DNA of 32,000 bases from contig JBJEDW010000061.1 of assembly GCA_051872415.1 (NCBI GenBank), positions 3,986 to 35,985 of the forward strand. Direction: 5' to 3'. Below the pieces are notes generated by a model that searched no databases, was not told the DNA's origin, and was given only the letters and a program-made list of their open reading frames with translations. The DNA comes from Bacilli bacterium (GTDB lineage: Bacteria > Bacillota_I > Bacilli_A > RF39 > UBA660). Positions 24,601-32,000 of this stretch are shown piece after piece. Position 1 is the first letter of the stretch, and every line of letters begins with the position of its first letter. A program made the position numbers and the translations under genes.

Positions 24601-25397
24601 TTTTCTTCAGTCCTTTCTTTTAGTCTGTTTATTCGGGTATCTTTCTTTTTATGAATTACTAAGAATAGTCCTAATATGAATAGTAATACTGAAATAACTT
24701 GTGCTACTTTTACTTGTCCTATCATTAGTGAATCTGTTCTTAGGCTTTCGATAAAGAATCTAATAAATGAATACCACATGAAATATATTCCTGTTAGCTC
24801 TCCTGCTTTTAGTTTTAGTTTTTTTCTTAGTACTATTAGTAGGATGAAGCCTATAAAATCCCAGATTGATTCGTAGTAGAAGGTTGGATGATAATATTTT
24901 CCATCGATATTCATTCCATTTATTATAAAGGTTGGAATGTTTAAGTTTTCTAAAGCTTCTCTTGTTACTTCTGGACCGTGTGCTTCTGAATTAAAGAAGT
25001 TTCCCCATCTTCCTATTGCTTGTGCTAAAATTAATGAAGGTACTGCTAAATCGAATATTTTTAGAAAACTTTTTTTGTTTTTTTTACAGTAATAGATGAA
25101 CCAAATGGCTCCGGCGATTATTGCTCCGTGTATTGCAAGTCCTCCATTCCAAATTTCTATTATTTGAATTGGATCTTGAAGGTAATAATCTAGATTAAAT
25201 ATTACGTAATATATTCTTGCTCCGATTATTCCAAAGATGATTCCGTAAAATATTAGGTTTGATAAAAATTTTTCATCGTAGCCTTTCTTTTTTGCCTCTT
25301 TTATAAAAATATATGAACCAATTAGAATAGCGAGTAACATTGTAATAGAGTACCAATAAATTGATATTGGGCCAATTTCTACTAGAATGGGGTTCAT
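24597..25397 (-). CDS. lgt: Prolipoprotein diacylglyceryl transferase
   Basis: 266 aa and polytopic. It has the Lgt signature GRWGNFFNSEAHG and overlaps trxB by 4 nt. Confidence 0.95.
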   Translation of the reverse strand: MNPILVEIGPISIYWYSITMLLAILIGSYIFIKEAKKKGYDEKFLSNLIFYGIIFGIIGARIYYVIFNLDYYLQDPIQIIEIWNGGLAIHGAIIAGAIWFIYYCKKNKKSFLKIFDLAVPSLILAQAIGRWGNFFNSEAHGPEVTREALENLNIPTFIINGMNIDGKYYHPTFYYESIWDFIGFILLIVLRKKLKLKAGELTGIYFMWYSFIRFFIESLRTDSLMIGQVKVAQVISVLLFILGLFLVIHKKKDTRINRLKERTEEK

Positions 25398-25482
25398 GTT
25401 ATTCCTCCTTTATCTTTTTATATTATATCATGGATGGTCTGAAACATGAATATTTTTGATGCTTTTTATGTGTTTTTGTATT

Positions 25483-25531
25483 AAAAAAGTTATCAATTTT
25501 TAAGCTTAGAGCTTTTTTTATGATAACTTTT
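25483..25531 (-). terminator. Candidate terminator structure after uvrA
   Basis: The minus strand reads AAAAGTTATCA...TGATAACTTTT (11-bp arms, 25-nt loop with an inner AAGCT/AGCTT hairpin) followed by TTAAT. The large loop is atypical. Confidence 0.4.
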
Positions 25532-28351
25532 TTATTTTGTTTCTTCTAGTAGTTTTTTTAAGTACTTTCCTGTATAAGATTCTTTTACTTTTATTACTTC
25601 TTCTGGTGTTCCTTTTGCTATTATTTCTCCACCTTTATCTCCGCCTTCTGGCCCTAAATCTATGATGTAGTCTGCTGTTTTTATCATGTCTAGGTTGTGT
25701 TCTATTACTATTACACTATCATTGTTATCTACTATTTTGTTAATTATTGCAAGTAATTTTTTTATGTCGTGTTGATGAAGCCCAGTTGTTGGTTCATCCA
25801 TGACAAATAGGGTTTTTCCAGTTGGTTTTTTTTGGAGTTCTTTTGCTAGTTTTACACGGGATGCTTCTCCTCCGGATAAAGTTGGTGCGGGTTGTCCTAA
25901 TTTTATGTATCCTAAACCTACGTCTTCTAGAACTTTTAGTTTTCTTTTTATTTTTGGTACATTTTCAAAGAATTCTAAGGCTTCGGTTACTCTCATGTCT
26001 AGAACTTCATAAATGTTTTTATCTTTGAATTTTATTTTTAGACTTTCAGTATTATATCTTGCACCATGACAGATTTCACATGGAACGTAAACATCTGGCA
26101 AGAAATGCATTTCTATTTTTTTAACTCCATCTCCTCGGCAGGCTTCACATCTTCCACCTTTGACATTGAATGAAAATCTACTTTTGTCGTATCCTAACAT
26201 TTTTGCTTCTTTGGTAGTTGCGAAAAGTTCTCTTATATCATCGAATACTCCGGTGTATGTTGCAGGGTTTGATCTTGGTGTTCTTCCGATTGGATTTTGG
26301 GAAATGTGAACTATTTTGTCAATGTTTTCTAGACCTTTTACTGATTTATATTGTCCTGGTTTTTCTTTGGAGTTATATACATGATTATATAGTATTCTTG
26401 TTAGAATTTGATTTATTAAGGTACTTTTTCCACTTCCTGATACTCCAGTTATACAAGTGAATGTTCCAAGGGGGAATTTGACATTTATGTTTTTTAAGTT
26501 ATTTTCCTTGGCTCCTTTGATTTCTATAAATTTACCTGTTCCTTTTCTTCTTGTTTTTGGAATTTCAATACATTCTTTGCCACTTAAATATCTTCCTGTA
26601 AGACTATTTTCATCATTTGCTACTTCTTTTGGTGTTCCTATTGACACTATTTTGCCTCCTTGTTCACCTGCGAGTGGTCCTACATCTACTAAAAAGTCAC
26701 ATTTTTTCATTGTGTCTGTATCGTGTTCTACTACTATTAAGGTATTGCCTAAATCACGCATACTTAGCATTGTTTCTATTAATCTATCGTTGTCTCTTTG
26801 ATGAAGTCCAATACTTGGTTCATCTAGTACGTAAAGGACTCCGGTTAATCTTGTTCCCACTTGAGTTGCTAGTCTTATTCTTTGAGCTTCTCCTCCGGAA
26901 AGAGTGCCGGCATTTCTACTTAGAGTAAGATAGTCTAGTCCTACATTAATTAGAAAACTTAATCTATCTTTTATTTCGTCAACTATTAATTTGGCTATTT
27001 GTTCTTGCTCTTCTGTTAACTTTAAATTGTTCATAAAATCATATAACTCTTTTATACTTAATTTTGTTACTTCGTAAATGTTTTTGCCATTTATTAACAC
27101 TGATAGAATTTCTTTTTTAAGTCTTGCACCTTTACATGTTGGACACATTAATTCTACCATGTATTTTTCTAGCCAATCTCTAATCCAGGTACTACTTGTT
27201 TCCATGTATCTCCTTTCTAAATTTGTTATTATTCCTTCGAATGTTCCATAGTTATCAGAAAGGTGTCCGTTTTTACTTCGATAGTGAAAATGAATTAAAT
27301 CATCTGTTCCGTATAGAATCATGTCTAATTCTTTTTTTGTGAAATCTTTTATTTTTTTATCTAAGTCTATGTTGTAATGATCACAGAAATTTTGTAATTT
27401 AAGGAAGTTTATGTTTTCAGTATCATCTCCAAATGGTTCTATTCCTCCCTCTTTTATAGTTTTGTTTTTGTCAGGGATTACTAAATCTGGATCCATTACT
27501 AATTTGACTCCAAGTCCTTTACAATCTGGGCAGGCTCCATATGGTGCGTTAAAACTGAAAGTACGGGGTTCTAATTCGTTTAAGGAGAAGTTACAATGCG
27601 GACAAGAGAAGTTTTCGGAAAATACTATTTTTTCTTTATTTGGTATTTCTACGTAAACTTTTCCTTTTGAAAGTTTGCTTGAAGTTTCTAATGATTCATA
27701 GAGTCTTGACTTTATTCCTTCTTTTAGAATAAGTCTATCTATGATTACTTCAATGTTATGTTTTTTATTTTTTTCTAGTTCTATGTCTTCGCTTAGATCA
27801 TATTGAGTTTTGTCTATATTTACTCTTACATAACCATTTTTTCTTAAGTCTTCTAAAAGGTCTTTGTGGGTTCCTTTTTTTCCTTCGATTATTGGAGAGG
27901 TAATTATTATTTTTGTTCCTTCTTCTAGTTCTAATATTTTGTTTGTCATTTCTTCTATACTTTGGCTTTTAATTGGTATGTTATGTTCTGGACAGAAAGG
28001 CACTCCTACTTTTGAGAATAAAAGTCTTAAATGATCATATAGTTCTGTTACTGTTCCCACGGTTGAACGAGGGTTTTTGTTTGTTGTTTTTTGATCTATT
28101 GAAATAGCAGGTGATAATCCTTCAATTGAATCTACGTCTGGTTTTTCTGCTCCTCCGAGAAATTGACGAGCATAGGCTGATAAACTTTCTAAGTATCTTC
28201 TTTCTCCTTCTTTGTAGATGGTATCGAATGCAAGGGAAGATTTTCCACTTCCTGATACTCCGGTCATTACAATAAATTTATTTTTAGGTAGCTCTAGAGA
28301 AATGTTTTTTAAATTGTTTTCTCTTGCTCCTTTTATTACTATTTTTTCCAT
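25532..28351 (-). CDS. uvrA: Excinuclease ABC subunit A
   Basis: About 939 aa with two ABC ATPase modules (GVSGSGKSS and GVSGSGKST, LSGGE x2) and zinc-finger cysteines. I prefer ATG 28351, behind AAAGGGTG, over the track's GTG 28360. Confidence 0.99.
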   Translation of the reverse strand: MEKIVIKGARENNLKNISLELPKNKFIVMTGVSGSGKSSLAFDTIYKEGERRYLESLSAYARQFLGGAEKPDVDSIEGLSPAISIDQKTTNKNPRSTVGTVTELYDHLRLLFSKVGVPFCPEHNIPIKSQSIEEMTNKILELEEGTKIIITSPIIEGKKGTHKDLLEDLRKNGYVRVNIDKTQYDLSEDIELEKNKKHNIEVIIDRLILKEGIKSRLYESLETSSKLSKGKVYVEIPNKEKIVFSENFSCPHCNFSLNELEPRTFSFNAPYGACPDCKGLGVKLVMDPDLVIPDKNKTIKEGGIEPFGDDTENINFLKLQNFCDHYNIDLDKKIKDFTKKELDMILYGTDDLIHFHYRSKNGHLSDNYGTFEGIITNLERRYMETSSTWIRDWLEKYMVELMCPTCKGARLKKEILSVLINGKNIYEVTKLSIKELYDFMNNLKLTEEQEQIAKLIVDEIKDRLSFLINVGLDYLTLSRNAGTLSGGEAQRIRLATQVGTRLTGVLYVLDEPSIGLHQRDNDRLIETMLSMRDLGNTLIVVEHDTDTMKKCDFLVDVGPLAGEQGGKIVSIGTPKEVANDENSLTGRYLSGKECIEIPKTRRKGTGKFIEIKGAKENNLKNINVKFPLGTFTCITGVSGSGKSTLINQILTRILYNHVYNSKEKPGQYKSVKGLENIDKIVHISQNPIGRTPRSNPATYTGVFDDIRELFATTKEAKMLGYDKSRFSFNVKGGRCEACRGDGVKKIEMHFLPDVYVPCEICHGARYNTESLKIKFKDKNIYEVLDMRVTEALEFFENVPKIKRKLKVLEDVGLGYIKLGQPAPTLSGGEASRVKLAKELQKKPTGKTLFVMDEPTTGLHQHDIKKLLAIINKIVDNNDSVIVIEHNLDMIKTADYIIDLGPEGGDKGGEIIAKGTPEEVIKVKESYTGKYLKKLLEETK

Positions 28352-28472
28352 GATTTGCACCCTTTCTTTTTGATTTCATATTATATCATACTTTTTATTA
28401 TTTTTCACTTTCTAAATTTTGCTATGATTATATGATAACATACGAACAGATGTTTGTCTATTGTTTTTAATT

Positions 28473-28497
28473 AAAAGTCCTTTTGGTTAGGACTTTT
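28473..28497 (-). terminator. Hairpin downstream of the helicase gene
   Basis: aaaagtcct-ttggtt(7-nt loop)-aggactttt gives a perfect 9-bp stem. The U tract is partly inside the stem. Confidence 0.45.
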
Positions 28498-28508
28498 GGG
28501 TATTATAG

Positions 28509-29915
28509 CTATGTTCTACTTGTTATGTTTTTTTCTTCTATTTCATTTTCTTGCTTTGAGTCTTTAAGATTTTTAATAGCTTTTACTTTTCTTTTTTCCA
28601 GTTGTTTTTCTTTTTCTTCAATCGTTTTTTTAGCGTGTTCATATCCTGTTTGATATTTTGGGTTGCTTTTTAATTCTTTTTTGATTTTGTCTTTGTTATC
28701 ATTCCAAAATTGATTAATCTTTTTACCATCACTAAACTCGGTTTCTGGATCATTACCTTTAGGAATATAGCCTTTATTTAATAGTTCTATAAATTCGGAT
28801 ATTTTTTCTTCAAATGTTAATGTTTTAAATAAGTCCTCTTTCATTTCTATATAGTCTTTTAAATGTCCTGTTAAACTAAATAAATCATATTCTTTTGTTT
28901 CTTTTTCATTTTTTGATTTTGTTTGTTTAATCTTTTCTGGAAAGTTATAACTCCATAATCCAATGTTTTTTCCTATATTTAATATTTCTTCTATTTCTAT
29001 CTTTTTATTTTCAGGCATGATACTTAAAAGATCTTTATCTAGATATTTAGAATATGTTTCTTGAATATTTTTTAATATTTCTCCATATTTTGCTTCAACT
29101 CTATCTAAACTATTAATATTTGGTAATTTGTTATTATATTCTTCTATCCAATCTACTATAAAATGAAGTCTATCTATATCATTGGTTTGGTTTTCTCCTT
29201 TATCTAATCTTACATTTCCTATATTATCTACTAAATCAATAACTACTGGTCTTTTTTCTTCTGGGATTTCTTCGTTAGGATTTAATCCATATATTATTCT
29301 ATCTAGTTGTTGTAAAAATAATATTTTTGAGTTTTCATCTAATGGTCTAAGCCAAATTATACCATCTACATTTTCTAAATGAACTCCTTCATTTAATTTA
29401 TTCATTACTGTTAAAAATTTTATTTTATCTGACTTATCGTTTTCAAAGCTTTCTAGTTCAGCTTTGTTTTGACTTTTTGAATAAGACACAAGCATTGTGT
29501 TAAACTTAGTCATTTTATTTATTTCTTCTTCTGGTACATTGTAATATTTTTGTAACATTTTAGTTAATTTTTTTTGATGTTCTTCTATTGCTTGAGATCC
29601 TTTTAATCTATTTTCATAAGTTTTTTCTGAATAACCATTTTCATCTTCTGTTACAACAGGGCAAAATACTATATATCTTCCACCTTTTTTTAGATTATTT
29701 CCTAAAATTTGTTCTATGTTTTCTGCTTCGCTTACATTTCTTCTTAGTTCTTGATATATTTTTCTATACCTTATTTTTTTATTAGTATCTTTTTCTTCTT
29801 CTATTTTTTGTTTCATGTCTTCTATTTCTTGACTATCTTTTAACAGAGAATAAGTACAGCTTACAACTTTAGGATTTACTACTAAACCTTGATTTATTGC
29901 TTCTTCTAAGTCCAT
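28509..29915 (-). CDS. SF2 helicase, C-terminal half (RecA2 lobe plus helicase-associated-like C-terminal repeats)
   Basis: MDLEEAINQGLVVNPK matches the conserved segment after motif III. GGRYIVFCP (motif IV region), NEGVHLENVDGIIWLRP (motif V) and QQLDRIIYG (motif VI-like) are present. It is in frame with the upstream ORF across one TAA. Confidence 0.8.
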   Translation of the reverse strand: MDLEEAINQGLVVNPKVVSCTYSLLKDSQEIEDMKQKIEEEKDTNKKIRYRKIYQELRRNVSEAENIEQILGNNLKKGGRYIVFCPVVTEDENGYSEKTYENRLKGSQAIEEHQKKLTKMLQKYYNVPEEEINKMTKFNTMLVSYSKSQNKAELESFENDKSDKIKFLTVMNKLNEGVHLENVDGIIWLRPLDENSKILFLQQLDRIIYGLNPNEEIPEEKRPVVIDLVDNIGNVRLDKGENQTNDIDRLHFIVDWIEEYNNKLPNINSLDRVEAKYGEILKNIQETYSKYLDKDLLSIMPENKKIEIEEILNIGKNIGLWSYNFPEKIKQTKSKNEKETKEYDLFSLTGHLKDYIEMKEDLFKTLTFEEKISEFIELLNKGYIPKGNDPETEFSDGKKINQFWNDNKDKIKKELKSNPKYQTGYEHAKKTIEEKEKQLEKRKVKAIKNLKDSKQENEIEEKNITSRT

Positions 29916-29948
29916 ATTTGCTGTTAAATGTTTTCTTTTGATGATTTC

Positions 29949-32000
29949 TTATTTTGTATAACCATAGAAATTAGCCCATTTATTAGCCATATCTTCGTTA
30001 TCATAATCTCTTTGAGGTGTTGCAGTGATTCCTAATACTTTTGTTTTTTTAGTTTGATCTTTTAACTGATTTTCTAATAATTCTTCAACACGTTTTACCC
30101 ACTCTTTTGCTCCGGTTCTATGAAGTTCATCCATGATAATGAAATCATATTTTTTATCAATTATTTCTTTTTGATTTATTCCTATTAATTTTTGATATGT
30201 TGATAATTTTAAATTAGGAAATACTTCTTTTATTAAATCTTTTTCATCTTTTGTTAAATCTTCGATTAATTCTTTGTCTTCAAGATCATTTTTTGTTTTA
30301 TAGTTTAATTCTTTTGTATAAATATATTTTAAAATATATCTTTGGATTTGATTCAATATTTCATCATTTGGTTCAAGATATAAAATTTCTTCTTCTTGAT
30401 GCTGAAGCATTTCTGATAAAGCAATAAAACTTTTACCTGCTCCAGTTGGAAGTACTGCTGCTTGAAAGTCATGTGTTTCAAAACCTTTATCAATATTATT
30501 TACTGCTGTTGCTTGATAACTTCTTAGTCTTAATTTTTTTGTTCCTTTTACTTGATAAAATCCTAAGAAATATTCTAATTCTTCTTTTGTAAATGTTTCT
30601 TTTGTGTTTATATTTTCATCATTTAAATCTTTTTCTTTGATAATTGTTGTAAGTAAAGCATTTGCTATGTCTGTTTCTTTTATGCCTTGTTCTTTTAAAG
30701 AATTATATATTTCTACTATGTCATATTCTAATAGTTTTTCTACTATTATATTTCTCCTTCTTGGGGAAAATTCTACAATATTAAGTGTACTCCAATCAAA
30801 AGAATCTATTATTGCATTAGCATAATATGTTTCTTTATCTATATATTTTTCTTTTATTTCGCTGAAATTTTCTAGATAATAACGAAGTGCATTCATAGGA
30901 TTTTTTATTATTTGTTCTAAATCTTCAGTATTTAACTGATCTATGTATTTGAATAATCCTGTTTCTTTTGTATTAAAATCTAAGCTTATGGACTCACTAA
31001 CTTGAAATTTCTTTTTGTTATTTCTAGAGAAAATTTCTGGTTCTATTCCATAAGTTTCTTCTTTTAGTTTTTCAATTATTTCATTATAATTTGAATCATT
31101 TTCTGTTATTTTTATTAGTAAGTCAACTGCACTTAAAGTTCTAAGTTTTGATTTTGACAAGTAAAAAGATTTTTTATAAACTTCAGTTGCTTCTTTAAAA
31201 CTTACATTTCCTTTTGTAAGATTATACATATTTTCTATAGTATAATCGCTTTCTGCTTTTATTTCATTTTCACTATATTTAAATGATTTTATATTTTCAG
31301 GATTTTGGAAATTATATTCTAAAACTTTTTGCTTTAATTCTCTTACTTTTGGATTATCTGAAACTTGTTGTAGCAGTGAAAAGACATCTACTATTTCTTT
31401 TGGTGTTTCTATTATCTTATTTCTTTTTATATCATTATAATGAATAAATTCTAGTGAAGAAAAAGCGTTTCCAAGTGTTTGAATTAAAAATTTATTATTT
31501 ACTCCGGGAATTATATCCTCTTGTAAAATATCTATCATGGCAATTATTTTGTTTTTTTCAAAATTTTGATATTCATTTAAAGCAGGATAATCTACAGTAT
31601 TAGTATTTTCATAAGTGTAATCTATTCCTCTTTCGAAAATATCATATTCTATACTTTTAGAATCTTCTTTTATGTATTCTTTTAAGATATTATTCTTTAT
31701 ATTTTCGATGTTTCTTTCAAGTTCTGTTTGGTTTTTAGAGTTTTCTATAGCTGTTAAACTATAAATTATTTTTGCAGATAAGTCTTTATCTTTTGTGTAA
31801 CTATCGATATTTTGTTTATAGTAATTTATTCTTTCTGTTATTTCTTCCATCATGTATACTCCAGCATTTACTACTTCTTTTCCTATTTCTTCTTTTGGAA
31901 TTTTTATCATTACATATTTATCTTCGTAATTTTCTCTTCCGTAAAGTGCTGCTACATTAGCATTTGTTGTTAATGAAATACAGTTTGTATCTTTACTATG
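29949..32000 (-). CDS. SF2 helicase, N-terminal half (unknown N-domain plus RecA1 lobe); open to the window edge
   Basis: LRSYQATAV, PTGAGKSF (motif I), IIMDELHRTG (motif II) and LGITATPQR (motif III). The frame stays open for all 30 codons upstream of the track's ATG (31910) to position 32000, so the true start may lie outside the window. Confidence 0.8.
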   Translation of the reverse strand, partial: HSKDTNCISLTTNANVAALYGRENYEDKYVMIKIPKEEIGKEVVNAGVYMMEEITERINYYKQNIDSYTKDKDLSAKIIYSLTAIENSKNQTELERNIENIKNNILKEYIKEDSKSIEYDIFERGIDYTYENTNTVDYPALNEYQNFEKNKIIAMIDILQEDIIPGVNNKFLIQTLGNAFSSLEFIHYNDIKRNKIIETPKEIVDVFSLLQQVSDNPKVRELKQKVLEYNFQNPENIKSFKYSENEIKAESDYTIENMYNLTKGNVSFKEATEVYKKSFYLSKSKLRTLSAVDLLIKITENDSNYNEIIEKLKEETYGIEPEIFSRNNKKKFQVSESISLDFNTKETGLFKYIDQLNTEDLEQIIKNPMNALRYYLENFSEIKEKYIDKETYYANAIIDSFDWSTLNIVEFSPRRRNIIVEKLLEYDIVEIYNSLKEQGIKETDIANALLTTIIKEKDLNDENINTKETFTKEELEYFLGFYQVKGTKKLRLRSYQATAVNNIDKGFETHDFQAAVLPTGAGKSFIALSEMLQHQEEEILYLEPNDEILNQIQRYILKYIYTKELNYKTKNDLEDKELIEDLTKDEKDLIKEVFPNLKLSTYQKLIGINQKEIIDKKYDFIIMDELHRTGAKEWVKRVEELLENQLKDQTKKTKVLGITATPQRDYDNEDMANKWANFYGYTK

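Noticed and set aside
1-32000. Alternative genetic code (UGA=Trp, as in Mycoplasma), given the very low GC content
   Set aside because: All conserved genes (tuf, fusA, valS, uvrA and others) are full length under the standard code, and Trp positions use TGG.
1-32000. CRISPR arrays, rRNA genes and tRNA genes
   Set aside because: I saw no regularly spaced direct repeats and no rRNA-like or cloverleaf-forming GC-rich segments. The only GC-rich patches are the TR, the VR and the spacer between them.

Overview
This is a strongly AT-rich chromosomal segment from a low-GC Firmicutes/Mollicutes-like bacterium. It uses the standard genetic code: Trp is TGG, and all core genes are intact without reading TGA as sense. 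Every convincing gene except one hsdS lies on the minus strand. The core genes are the str operon rpsL-rpsG-fusA-tuf (13668 down to 9400), valS with a T-box leader, trxB, lgt and uvrA. Three accessory blocks interrupt them. (i) 1-9152 is a defence island. It holds a type I R-M system (hsdR, hsdM) and two oppositely oriented hsdS genes flanking a tyrosine recombinase. These share 71-bp and 30-bp inverted repeats, which makes an invertible specificity shufflon. The island also has an HEPN-like gene translationally coupled to hsdM and an Abi_2 (AbiD/F-like) gene. (ii) 13818-18287 is a complete diversity-generating retroelement (DGR) sitting directly upstream of the rpsL promoter. In coding order it has a membrane-anchored target protein with a C-type-lectin/FGE-like C-terminal variable repeat (VR), a hairpin, and a GC-rich spacer. 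These are followed by a template repeat (TR) that differs from the VR almost only at adenines, a MutS-domain-I-like mini-protein, Avd and the RT. The target gene also carries a G13 homopolymer near its 5' end. (iii) 18509-20790 holds two decayed ORF6N-family genes flanking an Rpn-type PD-(D/E)XK nuclease gene. At the right edge, a helicase of more than 1,100 aa (SF2 family) is split by a single in-frame TAA and remains open to the window end. I found no rRNA gene, tRNA gene or CRISPR array.
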